Origin: an uncultured Acidobacteriota bacterium
Lineage (GTDB): Bacteria > Acidobacteriota > Vicinamibacteria > Vicinamibacterales > 2-12-FULL-66-21
Length of the DNA: 64,000 bases
Direction: 5' to 3'
NCBI GenBank assembly: GCA_963817635.1
Contig: CAWFPR010000013.1
Coordinates: forward strand, 156,740 to 220,739
A program made the position numbers and the translations under genes. Below the pieces are notes generated by a model, which worked only from the letters and a program-made list of their open reading frames with translations, did not search any database and was not told the origin of the DNA. Every line of letters starts with the position of its first letter. Within the stretch, counting starts at the first letter, position 1. Of this stretch, positions 1-12,515 are shown in pieces.

Positions 1-1811
1 AACCGGTACCAGGGCGCCCACAACCTGAAGTGGGGCGGCGAGATTCGGACCTACTACGGCGAGGCCGCCCGCTTCGAGCCCATCAACCTGGTGTTCAACT
101 CCGCTCTGACCGCGAACAGCTCCGACAGTCCGGACGTGACGAACACGGGCAACCAGTGGGCTACGTTCATGCTCGGCGCGCTCGACGCCAACACGTCCGC
201 GCGGCTCGTGCCGCTCCAGCAGCCGGACCGATGGGGTATGCCGCCTATTTCCAGGACGATCTCCACCTCAACGATCGCCTGACTCTGAACCTGGGGTTGC
301 GCTGGGAATACGAGCTCGGCCTGACTGATCCGCAGAATCGCCTGTCGCAGCGCCTCGATCTCACGCAGGCCATCCCGGAGATGCAGACGACGCCGCCGGC
401 GATCCCGTCGCAGGCGCAGGACCTGATGAGCGCGAAGGGCTACAGCTACAGCTTCAACGGCGCGTGGATCTTCGCGACCGCGTCGAGTCCACACGCCTGG
501 CACAGCACGCCCTGGAATTTCCTGCCGCGTGCCGGCGTCAACTACCGGATGGGAGACGACGCCGTCGTCCGGTTCGCATATGCACGCTACCTGATACCAC
601 CACCAACGTGCGGGACACGCTGGGTGATTTCGTCAACCAGTATCCGGATTCGCGCAGACCACGACGACGCTCGGGCTGGCGAGCGGAGTGCCGCAGCAAA
701 CGCTGGCCTACGGTTCCCGACGAACAATCCGGTCATCGAGCCGTACGGACAGGCCTACGGCGGTACACGGGCCTCGGCGGCGCGGTCAGCCTGGACCAGG
801 ACCGAGCTCCGGCTCGACGAACGACCGGTTCAACGTGTCGTATCAGAGGCAGTTGCTCTGGGGCACCATCGTCGAGCTCAACTACTTCGTCAACCTGGGC
901 TCGCGCGGCTGGACAACATCAACCTGAACCTGATGGACCCGGTGTTCAAGTACAAGGACAAGACGCTCATCAACACCCAGGTCACCAATCCGTTCTACAA
1001 CTACCTGACGGTGGACAAGTTCCCCGTATCGCCGCGGAGCAACAAGACCGTGGCGCTGAGCGCTCTGCTCGTGCCGTACCTGCAGTACGGGACTATTACG
1101 CAGACGAACACCAACGGCAAGCTGGAGCGGACACACACCTTCGAGGTGCGCGCGCAGCGGCCCTTCACGCACGGACTGAGCTTCGTCGTCGGGTACGCGT
1201 GGAACCGCGATTGCGTGCAGGAGATGCTCGACGACGTCGCGCAGTACAAGGTCCTGACCACGAATGGGAAGGACGGGTGGGAGTGGCGTCCGACCGATAC
1301 GCCGGTGCACCGTCTGACGGCCGCGTTGAGCTGGGAGCTGCCAATCGGCCGCGATCCGGTGCTGCTGTCCGGATGCCGATGGCCCTTGATATGTTCCTCG
1401 GCGGGTGGTAGTACGCGCTGATGGCTCGGGCATATTCCGGATGTCTCCTGCTGTTCCTCAACAGCGACGTGGTGGATGGCAATCCGAAGCTCTCGAACCC
1501 GACGAACGACAAGCGGTGCGACAGAAGCTTGTTCGACACGGCCGATTCGTTCACGCTGTGGAGCAACCGCCGTGGTTCAAGGGGTTGAACGGTCCGGGCG
1601 TGTTCGTGACCGAGATGACCCTCACGAAACGTGTGAACGTGATGTCGAGATACGACTCGAAGCGCGCATCGAGGCACAGAACGCGCTCAAGAACATCATC
1701 TGGGATAAGCTGGAACTGGCGCTGTCGAATGCGAACTTCGGCAAGGTGACCGGAAAGCGTGCCGCCTGGAGCGGATGTGAAATCCAGGTTGGCTTGTGTT
1801 TCCTTTCGTAG
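1..1811 (+). pseudogene. TonB-dependent receptor, C-terminal beta-barrel part (5' end outside window), reading frame broken many times
   Basis: Barrel motifs are readable only by hopping frames. Frame 1: NRYQGAHNLKWGGEIRTYYG. Frame 3: YFQDDLHLNDRLTLNLGLRWEYE and NINLNLMDPVFKYKDK..FVVGYAWNRD. Frame 1: NDRFNVSYQRQLLWGTIVELNYF. Tail [20 protein letters not shown], with stop at 1809-1811. Confidence 0.75.
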
Positions 1812-1815
1812 GCCG

Positions 1816-3381
1816 ATGCACCGAAGGCAGTTCCTCGATGGAGCCTGCGTATGCGCCGGCTCCCTCCTTCTGCGTGCTGGGCGACCGGGAGCCTCGGCCT
1901 GGTGCCCGCGCAGGCCGTTGCCTCCACGACCGCGGGACGGATCGCGGCCTCGTGGAGGCCAACGGCGTCCTCGCGTTCAAGGGCGTGCCTGATGGGGCCG
2001 ACACCGCGCCGCGGCGATTTCTGCCGCCGCTCCCGCCGGCACCCTGGGCCGGGGTCGTGACGCGGCGGAGTTGCGGGCGATTGCGCCGCAGCCGGGCTTT
2101 CGCGGCTGGCTGATGAGCGAGGATCGCCTGCACCTGAACGTCTGGACTCCGGCGCTTCGCGACGGTGCAAGCGTCGAGGCCCGTGTGGTCGCATCCGGCG
2201 TGTTCTCGAGCGGCACGAGCAACGAACCGTCGGCCGACGGCGCCCGCCTGAGCCGGCGCGGCGATGCGGTCGTCGTGACGGCGAATGACTGGATCGACGC
2301 CTTTGGCTATCTGTATCTCGCGAGTTCGGCGGACTGGAATTCGCCGATTCGGGCAACGCCGGGATGCTCGACCTGGTTCTGGCGCTCCGCTGGGTGCGGG
2401 ACAACGTCGCTGAGTTCGGCGGCGATCCGGGTCTCGTCACGATTTCCGGGCAGTTGGGGCGGGGGCGCAAGTGCGCGACACTGATGGCGATGCCCTCGGC
2501 GCGCGGCCTCTTCCACCGCGTGTTCACGATGAGCGGACAGCAGCTGACCGCGAGCCGGCAGACGACGGCCGTCGCAACGCGTCCGACTGCTGGCGGCGCT
2601 GCACATCACCCGGACCGTGTACGCGATCTGACGCAGGTGTCCATGTATGACCTGATAGCGGTCAGCCGGGCCTCGAAACACCTCGGCCCCGTGAAGGACG
2701 GCTGTTCGCTGCCGCGCGATCCCTTCGATCCCGATGCGCCGCCGCAGTCGGCCGACATCCCGATGATCCTCGGCAACACCGACGACGAAACTCGGAACCT
2801 GATCGGCCGCGGCGACCTTCGACCTTCGAGCTGACGTGGGAGACGCTGCGGCCGAAACTCGAGGCGACAGCGCCGTTCATGGGTGACCTCGATCGCGGCG
2901 GGGTCATCGCCGAGCACGCCGGCTCGACCCGCACTACACCCCTGCCGACGTCTACTTCGCGTCCACCACCGCGTCGCGTTCGTGGCGCGGGCATGTCATC
3001 GAGGCGGAACGCCGCGCGGTGCAGACCGCCGCAGCCTCGCACACGTGGGCGAACCAGTTCGACTGGCCGACTCCGGTGGACGGCGGGAAGTGGAGGGCGC
3101 ATCACGGCCTCGACGTCCCGAGGCGTTCGACAGCGTCGCGGCGCCCGAGATGGCGGAACCGGCCCTGAACCCCAGCGCGTCGCCGATCAGATGAGCGAAT
3201 CGCTGCTCGCGTTTGCGCGAAGCGGGAACTCGAACACACGAGGCATTCCCGCCTGGCTCATGTACGGGCTCGAGCGACGGCAAACGATGGTCTTCAACCT
3301 GCGCTCTGCGGTGGTCGACGACCCGCGCGGCGATGAGCGGCGCATGTTCGAAAAGGTGCCCGATGTACAGCCCGGAACTAA
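1816..3381 (+). pseudogene. type-B carboxylesterase with Tat-like signal, frame-broken
   Basis: ATG 1816, [19 protein letters not shown]. Motifs [59 protein letters not shown] and C-terminal MVFNLRSAVVDDPRGDERRMFEKVP lie in different frames. The nucleophile-elbow region reads GQLGRGRK in the local frame. The 3' end is approximate. Confidence 0.7.
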
Positions 3382-3411
3382 TCGGACCGCGGCCATCGAA
3401 TTCGCCTTTGC

Positions 3412-5006
3412 GGCGTGCCTCTTGCCTGCGGCGTCAGGTCTGCTGTCTGGGCCCAGTCGGCGACCGCAGCGTCGGCCTCGCGCGAGCAGGTGCTCGAGAC
3501 GATGAAGCGGGCGACGACGTTCATGGTCGACAAGGCGAGCACGAACGGCGGCTACGTCTGGTCGGAGCTGCCCGATTTCTCTCGGCGATGGGGTGAACTC
3601 GAAGCGCGCGACACCATGATCTGGATTGAGCCGCCAGGCACGCTGGTCATGGGCGATGCTGGACCTCGATGCGGACCACGCGACGGGGATGAGTACTACG
3701 ACGAGGCGGCCGAGAAGGTCGCCGGCGCGCCATCTGGGCCCAGCTGCCATCGGGCGGCTGGAACTACGTGGCGGACTTCGCGGTCGATCGATTGCTCCGC
3801 GACTGGTACGACACGGTCGGCCGCAAGCGTGGCGCCTCGAGGAGTTCCAGCACTACTGGGGCAACGCGACGTTCGACGACGCGGGCAGAGCCGAGTCTGC
3901 CAAGTTCCTGCTGCGCCTGAACGTCGAGAAGCGCGACGCGAAATACGAGCCGGCCCTCGATCGTGCCATCCGGTCCGTCATCGAGAGCGAGGACCCGATC
4001 GGGAGCTGGCCGCAGCGCTACCCGCTCCAGGACCGAGTTCTCGCACGACGGCAGCCCGGATCACACGTTGAACATCATGTTCAACGACGACGTGGCGGGG
4101 CAGAACATCGAATTCTTGACGATGTGCGACCAGGCGCTGGGGATCCGCGATTGCTCGATCCACTGCGTCGCGGGATGAACGCGTTCCTGGTCATGCAGCA
4201 GGGTGCGCCGCAACCCGGATGGGCGCTTCAGAACACGCCCGACTTCAAGCCTGCGGGTGCGCGCACCTACGAGCCGAAGGCGATGGTGACCGACACCACC
4301 GCGACCAATATCGAGCTGCTGCTGCGTTTCTATCGCCTGACCGGCGAAACGAAGTTCCTCGCGCGGATTCCCGAAGCGATTGCCTGGCTCGAGAGCCTGG
4401 CGCTTCCTCCGGGTGTCGCGCCGCAGGGGCGCACGCACCCGACGTTCATCGAGGTCGGCACGAACAAGGCGCTCTACGTGCACCGCGAAGGCTCGAACAT
4501 CTTCAACGGACGATACTATGTGAACGCCGACCCGAAGGGCACCATCGGGCACTACAGCTCCTTCCGGCGTATCGATACCGCGAGGCTGCGGAAGCTCTAC
4601 GAGGAGGCGAAGGCCCTGTCGCCCGCGCAGGCGGCCGCTGATTCGCCCTTGACGCCCGGTGCGGGCATCGTGCCACTGCCCCGTTTCTACGTCGAGGACG
4701 CGGGCCGCGCACCCTCAGTCGAGACCCTCGTGGGATCGCTGAACGCGCTGGGCTACTGGCTCGTGCCGCTCGGGACGAACAGCCATTGGTACAGCGGCGA
4801 TGGCCTGACAACCATTCCGGACGGCGATGACTCGCAGACGATGGTGGGCGACGCGTCGGACACGTCGCTTATCCTGACAACCGGATCGTGGCATTTCGAC
4901 GGAGACGTACATCCGCAACATGGGTGTGCTGATACGTGTGCTCGATAGCGACCCTGGTCAGGCCGATGAGGCGGACGACCCGGGTGCCGGCCCTCCTGCA
5001 GGGTGA
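3412..5006 (+). pseudogene. pectate lyase, PelA/Pel-15E (PL10)-like, frame-broken
   Basis: Motifs spread over three frames: MKRATTFMVDKASTNGGYVW, FQHYWGNATFDDAGRAESAKFLLRL, DPIGSWPQRYPL, TLNIMFNDDVAGQNIEFL, APQPGWALQNTPDFKPAGARTYEP. Tail ISTETYIRNMGVLIRVLD, ending at TGA 5004-5006. The start is approximate. Confidence 0.65.
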
Positions 5007-5010
5007 GTGA

Positions 5011-5669
5011 ATGTTATGATGATGCGATTAGGCGCGCTCGCGGCGGGGCTGATCTCGCTGGCCGCGGCCATTGTCTGACCGGCGATCGACGGGCGTGCCC
5101 AGACTGTCGAGCTGATTGTCTGGAAAATGGACAATCTCTCCTCGATCGGGCGACATCCCGTCATGGCTGTTGGCATGCTGTGAGTGGTGGAGACGCCGAA
5201 TGGACGGGCTATCGAATCAAAGGCGCAACAGACGGACTGTCGTGGAGGTGAAACCGATCGGGGGCTTGTGCAGTTCATGCTGGAGGTCGTGTTCGAACGG
5301 GTGGCTGACGGCAACGAGGAGCAGCGATTCGTTCACGTCGAGGAGTCCGGAACGGGTAATCGGGCGCTCGTGGAGCTCCGTCGCCTGCCTGACGCCACGT
5401 GGGCGCTCGACACCTTCCTGCGGCACGGCGATGCGTCGCTCACGCTGCTCGATCGCGACCGCACGACCCCCACCGCGAGCTGGCACGTCGCGACGCTGGT
5501 GTTCGACGGACGGACGATGTCGCACGACGTGGACGGCGTGCGCGAGGCTGGAGGTGATGTGGCGTTCCAGCCGCTCGGCGAGGGGCGGACGTCCGTCGGC
5601 GTGCGGCAGAAGTGTTTCTCGCGGTTCAAAGGGAGGAATCGCGAAGTGCGCGTGACCCTGCCGTGGTGA
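5011..5669 (+). pseudogene. LamG/concanavalin-like domain protein with signal peptide, frame-broken
   Basis: Signal-like MMMRLGALAAGLISLAAAIV is followed by a premature stop. It continues in other frames as VELIVWKMDNLSS.. and FMLEVVFERVADGNEEQRFVHVEESGTGNRALVELR..WHVATLVFDGRTMSHDVDGV..GRTSVGVR (LamG-like pattern). Confidence 0.5.
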
Positions 5670-6463
5670 TTACCCTCTGGCCGGAAGGAGTTCCCGGCGC
5701 GACGCGAGACGGCGGCGAGGAGCGCCTGGAAGACGGCCGCGTCTACAACGTGCAGCGACCGATGCTGACCTGGCTGCCGCCGCCGCCCGGCACGGCGAGC
5801 GGAATGGCTGTGATTGTCTGTCCGGGCGGCGGATATGCCCGGCTCGTGATCGCCAACGAGGCCGACGGCGCGGCGCGGATCCGGCGCCCTCGGCATTTCG
5901 ACCTTCGCGCTCAAGGACCGGCTCGCGGAGATCGGGTACCCGGCCCGCTGCAGGACGTGCTCCGGGCGGTCCGGCTGCTGCGATCGCGCGAGGGGGAGTC
6001 GGGATCCGGGCCGATCGCATCGGGGTCTTCGGCGCGTCGGCGGGTGGGCACGTGGCCGCGATGGCCGCGACGCTGTTCGACTCGGAGGATGGCTGCAGGC
6101 GCGGTATGAGCTGTTGCACGCGATTGTGCGCTGCTCTATAGGTATCACGATGCAGGCGTTGCCACGACGGCTCGCGGACGGTTGCTCGGCAGCACGGCGA
6201 ACGACTCGTGAGCGGCTGTGCTAGAACGCGCGTCACTCGTGCGACGCGCCTGTTTTCTCGTGCATACCTGGAGGACTTGAGCGTTCGGTAGAGAACAGCT
6301 CCAGTTCTTACAGGCGCTGCGCGCGGCGGGCGTGTGCGCTGAACTCCACGTCTACGAGATAGGGCACACGGCTTAGGGATGTCGCCTGGTCTCGGGCTGA
6401 CGTCGGAGTGGCGCAGCGCTCGCGGAATGGCTGCGGTCGCACGGCTGGATTTCCACCCCATGA
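5669..6463 (+). pseudogene. alpha/beta-hydrolase esterase (acetyl-esterase/lipase-like), frame-broken
   Basis: ITLWPEGVPGA, AVIVCPGGGYARL, PLQDVLRAVRLLRS. In another frame: RIGVFGASAGGHVAAMAATLFD (GxSxG elbow). Tail EWLRSHGWISTP, then TGA 6461-6463. Confidence 0.6.
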
Positions 6464-6471
6464 CTGCGCAC

Positions 6472-8099
6472 ATGAAACGATTCATCACCGTTGCCGCCGC
6501 CGTCGTGCTGGCCATCTTCATGGCCGAGGCATCCTTCGCCCAGGGGCGCGGCTTCGAAGGACAGCGCAAAGCGGATTTCGGCAACGGCACGTATCTCAAT
6601 CCCATCTTCGCAGGCGACCATCCCGACCCGTCGATCCTGCAGTGACGGCGCCGACTACTACATGACGTTCTCCTCGTTCGACGCCTATCCGGGACTCGTC
6701 ATCTGGCACTGCGCGACCTGGTGAACTGGGAGCCGGTCGGCCCGGCGCTCTTCAGGAACGTCGGATCGGCTGGGCGCCGGATCGCGGAGCATGGCAAGCG
6801 GTACCATCTATTTTCGGCATCTCTCCGAACCGCTTGAACTACGTCATCTGGGCGGACGACATTCGCGGCCCCTGGAGCGAGCCGATCGATCTCGAGATGG
6901 GCAGATCGATCCCGGCCACGCCGTCGGTCCGGACGGCACGCGTTATCTCTTCCTGAGCGGCGGGCAGCTCGTTCAGCTCGCCGCCGACGGCCTGTCGGTG
7001 CTGAGTGCTAGAAGAAGGCGCGCAGCGGCTGGTTATACCCGAGGACTGGATTGTGGAAGGGTTCGCGAAGGAGGGCCCGAAGATCCGAAGCGCGGCGACT
7101 ACTACTACATGGTCCTGGCTGAAGGAGGCACCGCCGGCCCGCCGACCGGACACATGGTCGTCGTGGTCCGGTCGAAGACCATCGAGGGACCGAGGGAGAA
7201 CTCGCTGCATCAACCCGGTCGTGCGAACGGTTTCGCGCGGCGAGTACTGGTGGTCCAAGGGGTACGGTACGCCGTTGAGGCACCGGACGGCACATGGTTC
7301 CTCGTGTACCGCGCCTACGAGAACGGCTTCTACAATCTCGGCCGGCAGACGCTGCTCGAGCCTGTCGAATGGACCGCCGACGGCTGGTTCAGGGCCACCG
7401 GCGTCGATGTGTCGGCGCTGATCGAAAGCCGGATGGGGCGGCCGTGACGACGGATTTCCGTATAGGACCACTTCTCGACGAACCGGATGGGTGTGCAGTG
7501 GAGCTTCTACAGGGGCAGCGGGGAAGATACCGGGCGCTATCGCTACGAAAAGAACGGTTCGCGCTGAAGGAAAGGGCACGACGCCCGCCGACAGTTCGCC
7601 GTTGTGGTTCGTGACGGGTGATCACGCGTACGAGATCGAGGTGGAAATCGACGCCGATCCGGGGGCGTCGGCCGGACTGCTCCTGTTCTACAGCCGCAAG
7701 CTCTATGCGGGGCTCGGGTTGAGCGAATGAATCTGATCAGGCATCAGTACGGGACCGAGCGGCCCGGCGCGAAGCCTCCCGATTTCGGCCGGCACGTCTT
7801 CCTGCGCCTGCGCAACGATCGCAACATCCTCACCATGTTCTACAGCCCTGACGGGCGGATCTGGCGGAGGTTCGATCGCGGCATCGACGTGTCCGGCTAC
7901 CACCACAACGTGGCGTGATTTCCTGAGCCTCCGTCCGGCCTTGTATGCTTCCGGCATCGGGGAGGTACGCTTCCGGAACTTCCGGTACCGCGCGCTGGCT
8001 GTCGAGCCCGCCCCGGCGTCGCGGTCAAGCGGATCCCTGCTGCAGCACGATTGTGACATCGCGGTCGAGAAACCAGGAACCCACGAGGCGGTGGCATGA
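6472..8099 (+). pseudogene. glycoside hydrolase family 43 (beta-xylosidase/arabinofuranosidase-like), frame-broken
   Basis: ATG 6472, signal MKRFITVAAAVVLAIFMAEASFAQ. NPIFAGDHPDPSIL, GADYYMTFSSFDAYPGLVIWH, DLVNWEPVGPAL, IDPGHAVGPDGTRYLFLSGG, KRGDYYYMVLAEGGTAGPPTGHMVVV, PDGTWFLVY.AYENGFYNLGRQTLLEPVEWTADGWF. C-terminal sandwich AYEIEVEIDADPGASAGLLLFYS..VFLRLRNDRNILTMFYSPDG. All three frames are needed repeatedly. The 3' end is approximate (8000-8099). Confidence 0.75.
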
Positions 8100-8378
8100 C
8101 GACCGGCTTTTCGTTCTTCAAGGATGTGGCGGACCTGCCGTTCATCTTCCGGAAGCGCGCGCTGCACCCGGGCTCCGGCATCGGCCCTCACGAGCAGAAG
8201 GAAGACGAGATCGACGACGTCCTGAGCGGCAAGGGGGAGCTGACGCTCGACGGCAGGTGGATCGAGATGGGGCTGGTCGACGCGATCCGGACGTGCCCCG
8301 GGAGCACGACAGTCTGCGTCAGGTCGGCCCGACGACCTGGTGATCATGATTGTGTATCCCAACGCCGGCGCATCGCGA
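8096..8378 (+). pseudogene. small cupin-domain protein (KdgF-like position in the locus), frame-broken
   Basis: MTTGFSFFKDVADLPF..HPGSGIGPHEQKEDEIDDVLSGKGELTLDGRWIEMG. It continues in other frames as EHDSLRQVGP and DDLVIMIVYPN. Confidence 0.5.
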
Positions 8379-8389
8379 TGAGGACCGAC

Positions 8390-9074
8390 ATGGCAACAGT
8401 GAACGGCACCGCAGGACGCGAGCAGCGCGCAGGCACCGTTGCGGCCATCGAGGCGGCGGGTGTGGTTGCGGTCATCCGTCTGAAGGAGCCCGCGTCGCTC
8501 CGTGCGGTCGTGGACGCGCTCGCCGAGGGCGGCGTGCGCGCGCTCGAAGTGACGATGACGGTGCCGGGCGCCGTCGAGCTGATTCGGGCGCTCGCGCCGA
8601 CGCTGCCGACCGGGCTTCCTGCTCGGCGCCGGCACGGTCATCGACGCCGAGACCGCGTGCGCGTCATCGACGCCGGCGCGCAGTTCATCGTCAGCCCTGT
8701 GTTCCGGATGCAGGTGCTCGCCGCGGCTCACGCGCGGACGTCCGCGGCCATGCCGGGCTGCTTCACGCCGACGGAGATCCTCGAGGCCTGGGAGGCGGGC
8801 GCCGACATCGTGAAAGTCTTTCCGGCGACGGCGCTCGGCCCGGGGTTCTTCAAGGACATGCACGGGCCGCTGCCGCAGGTGAAGCTCATGCCGACCGGCG
8901 GCGTCACGCTCGACAACGTCGGCGACTGGATTCGAGCCGGCGCCGTCGCGGTCGGCGTCGGCACGGCGCTGCTCGACGCGAAGGCGATCGCGGCGGGCGA
9001 GTCACGGTGCTGCGAGCGAACGCGGAGCGGATGGTCGCGAAATGTCCGGCGCGGCCCGGGAGAAGGCGTGATGA
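8390..9074 (+). pseudogene. eda: 2-dehydro-3-deoxyphosphogluconate (KDPG) aldolase, frame-broken
   Basis: VVAVIRLKEPASLRAVVDALAEGGVRALEVTMTVPGAVELIRAL; GFLLGAGTVIDAETA only in a shifted frame; IDAGAQFIVSP; MPGCFTPTEILEAWEAGADIVKVFPA; KLMPTGGV. The tail shifts again before TGATGA at 9069-9074. Confidence 0.75.
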
Positions 9075-10105
9075 CCAAGGTCGTGACGTTCGGCGAGATC
9101 ATGCTGCGGCTCAGCCCGCCCGGGTTCGAGCGCTTCTTCCAGTCGCCCGTGCTGTCGCGCGACGTTCGGCGGGGGCGAGGCCAACGTGGCGGTCAGTCTC
9201 GCGCAGTTCGGCCTCGAGAGTAGCTACGTCACGCGCGCTGCCGGCCCATGCGATCGGCGAGGCCGCCGTCGGGGCGCTGCGCGCCGAAGGCGTGCGCACG
9301 GACTCGCATCGTCCGCGGCGGCGACCGGGTCGGCATCTACTTCGCCGAGGCCGGCGCCAGCCAGCGCGCATCCGACGGTGATCTACGACCGCGCGCACTC
9401 CGCGATCAGCGAGCATGGCGCCCGACGCCGTGGACTGGGCGGGCGTGTTCGACGGCGCCGACTGGTTTCATGTGACCGGCATCACGCCGGCGCTCGGCGC
9501 CAAGGCGCGGCGGCGACACGCCGCGCCATCGCGGCCGCGAAGCGCGCCGGGGTGCGGGTCAGCGTCGATCTGAACTTCCGCAAGAAAGCTGTGGTCTGAG
9601 GCGCAGGCGCAGGACGTGATGCGCCCGCTGATGCAGCACGTCGACGTGGTGATCGCCAACGAGGAGGATATGCAGTCGGTGCTGGGCGTGGCCGTCCACG
9701 GAACCGACGTGACCACCGGGGCACTGGACCTCGCGGGCTTCAGGACGGCGGCTGGGCAGGTGTCGAAGGACTTCGGCCCGCAGACGGTCGCGATCACGCT
9801 GCGGGAGAGCCTGTCGGCCAGCGACAACGGCTGGAGTGCGGTGCTGTGGGACGCCGATGCCGGCACGATTCCATCGCAGCCAGCGCTACGAGGTCCGTCT
9901 GGTCGATCGGATCGGCGGCGGCGACAGCTTCGCCGCCGGGCTGATCTACGGGCTGGTGACCGGTCGCACGCCCGAAGCGGCGCTGCGGTTCGCGGTGGCG
10001 GCCAGCGCGTTGAAGCAGACGATCCCGGGCGACTTCAACCGGGTGACTGTCGAGGAAGTCGACCGGCTTGCCGAAGGCGACGCCTCGGGACGCGTCCAGC
10101 GCTGA
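9071..10105 (+). pseudogene. kdgK: 2-dehydro-3-deoxygluconokinase (PfkB family), frame-broken
   Basis: MTKVVTFGEIMLRLSPPGFERFFQSP; GGGEANVAVSLAQFGLES; RGGDRVGIYFAEAGASQRAS; WFHVTGITPAL; VSVDLNFRKK; VDVVIANEEDMQSVLG; [18 protein letters not shown]. Several frame switches are needed. Confidence 0.8.
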
Positions 10106-10145
10106 AGACCGCTTGTTGGGCCGTGTCGGGCTGGTTGATCCTTCG

Positions 10146-10956
10146 ATGGATGAGGCCTGCATGGACGACAGAGTCTCGGACGAGATGTTCGACCTGTCCG
10201 GCCGCGTCGCGGTCGTCGTCGGCGGGACGAGCGGCATCGGCCGGGCGCTCGCGCTCGGACTGGCCGACGCCGGGCGCCGACGTCGTGGCGACGGGGCGCC
10301 GGCAGGAGCTCGTCGCCGAGGTCGCGCGGCGCGATCGAGCGGCGAGGACCGGCGGACGGCTGCGAATGGCCGTCTGATGTCGGCGACCCGGCGTCGCTCG
10401 AGCGGCTGCGCGATGCGTGCCTGGCGCAGCTCGGCCGGCGTCGACATCCTGGTCTGCGCCGCCGGCCTGACCAAGCGGGTGCCCGACGCTCGAGATGGCC
10501 GAGCCGACTGGACGCGGATCATCGAGACGAACCTGACCGGGCGTCTGCGGCGCCTGCCGGGTGTTCGGGCGCCGATGGTGAAGCGCGGCAGCTGGCCGCA
10601 TCATCACGATCGCCTCGCTGTCGTCGTTCGTCGGGCTGTTCGAGGTGGCGGCCTACACGGCGAGCAAGGCCGGCGTCGCCGGCCTGACGCGGGCGCTGGC
10701 CGTCGAGTGGGCGCTCGCACGGCGTCAACGGTCAACGCGATCGCCCCGGGCGTGTTCAGGACCGACCTCAACGCGCGCCCTGCTCGACTCGCCGCGCGGC
10801 CAGGAGTTCCTCATGCGCACGCCGATGGGCCGGTTCGGCAGGCTCGAGGAGCTGGTCGGCGCGGCCGTGTTTCTCGCCTCGGACGCCGCGTCGTTCGTCA
10901 CCGGCCACCTGCTCGCCGTCGACGGCGGCTTCCTCGCGAGCGGGGTCAACCAGTGA
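10146..10956 (+). pseudogene. short-chain dehydrogenase/reductase (KduD/gluconate-5-dehydrogenase-like), frame-broken
   Basis: MFDLSGRVAVVVGGTSGIGRALALGLADAG; ADVVATGRRQELVAEVA (other frame); VDILVCAAGL; AAYTASKAGVAGLTRALAVEWA (YxxxK); NAIAPGVFRTDLN; FLASDAASFVTGHLLAVDGGFLASGVNQ, stop at 10954-10956. Confidence 0.75.
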
Positions 10957-12469
10957 AAGCCGTGCCCTGGTCATCAGCGACCGCGACAACGTCGCGACCG
11001 CGCTCGAGCCGCTCGAGGCGGGCCGCCGCGGTCGAGGGATCGCGGGAGCGACCGTCGAGGCGCGTCGAGCCGATTCCGCCCGGCCACAAGATGGCGCTCG
11101 AGCCGATTGCCGCCGGCGCAGCCGGTCGTGAAGTACGGCAGCCCGATCGGCCTCGCCACCTGCGACATCGCGCCGGCGACGCACGTGCACACGCACAACG
11201 TGGCGAGCGGCCGCGGCCGCGGCGATCTCGCCGTCCGGCCGACGCCGCCTGCGATCCCAGGCGACCCGGACGCGGCGCGCGAACGATGAGCGACCCGGCC
11301 CGGCTTCCTCGGCTATCGGCGCCCGACGGGCGCGTCGGCACCCGCAACCACGTCCTGGTCGTGCCGACCGTCATCTGCTCGGCGGTCGTGGCGAGCGGAT
11401 GCCGCGGCTGTCGACCGCCGCTCTGTGCCGCGCTGCCGCACCTGGCCGGCTGCGGGCAGCTCGGGCCGGACATGCGCCTGACCCACGAGACGCTGGCCGC
11501 CTACTGCGGCCACCCGAACGTCGGCGCGGTCCTGGTCGTGGCGCTCGGGCTGCGAGCAGGTGGTCGCGCAGAAGCTGGCCGAAGCCGCGGCGCAGCACGG
11601 CAAGCCGGCCGCGATCACTCGCGATCCAGGCCGAGGGCGGCACCGTCGCGGACGACGGCGGCCGGGATCGAGATCGCGCGATCGATGGCGGCCGGGCTCG
11701 ACGGCGCAGCAGCGGGCATGGTGCGACGTCTCGGAGCTCGTCCTGTCGCTCAAGTGCGGCGGGTCGGACTACACCTCGGGGCTCGGCGTCGAATCCGGCC
11801 CTCGGCCGGGTCGCCGATCGCCTCGTCGATCTCGGCGGCACCGCCGTGCTCGGCGAGATCGCCGAGATCATGGGCGCCGAGCACCTGCTGGCGGCGCGCG
11901 CCACGCGTCCGGACACGTCGGACCGCCTGCTCCACGTCATCAACCCGCGTCGAGCTGGAGGCCCGCGGCCTCGGCCTCGACATCCGCGGCACCCAGCCGT
12001 CCCCGGGCAACATCCGCGGCGGTCTGACGACGATCGAGGAGAAGTCGCTCGGCGCCACGCACAAGGGCGGCGAGCACGCCCGCTCGACGACGTCGTGCGG
12101 CTACGCCGCGCCGATCGCGGCGAAGGGCCTGACCGTGATGGACACACCCGGCCTCGACGTCGAGTCGGTCACCGGCATGGTCGGTGGCGGCGCGCAGGTC
12201 GTCGTGTTCACGACGGGCCTCGGCACACCGACGGGCAATCCCATCGCGCCGGTCATCAAGATGACCGGCAACGCCCGGACGGCGAGGCAGATGGCCGACA
12301 ACATCGACCTCGACGTCAGCGGCATCATCGAACGAACACGGAGACGCTCGACGCAGGCCGCCGATCGCCTCTTCGCGTCGATGCTCGCCGTGGCGTCCGG
12401 CAAGCCGACCGCGGCCGAACGCTCGGCCACCGCGAGTTCGCCATCCACCGGCGCAACCCGACGATCTGA
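10953..12469 (+). pseudogene. uxaA: UxaA-family altronate/galactarate dehydratase, frame-broken
   Basis: SAF-domain start LVISDRDNVATALEPLEAG..PPGHKMALEPIAAG..VVKYGSPIGLATCDIAPATHVHTHNV. Then DGRVGTRNHVLVVPTVICS, PHLAGCGQLGPDMRLTHETLAAYCGHPNVGAVLVVALG, SLKCGGSDYTSGL, GLTVMDTPGLDVESVTGMVGGGAQVVVFTTGLGTPTGNPIAPVIKMTGN. Tail GHREFAIHRRNPTI, stop at 12467-12469. Confidence 0.75.
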
Positions 12470-12515
12470 GAGCGCTGGGGAGCGCCCGGCTGGAGCCGCC
12501 CGATGCCGCACGTTG

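Noticed and set aside
5116-5669. Two overlapping ORFs (5116-5655 and 5184-5669) as distinct genes
   Set aside because: Only the 5184-5669 frame shows LamG-like sequence. The other is an overlapping alternative frame with Arg/Ser/Cys/Trp-rich composition.
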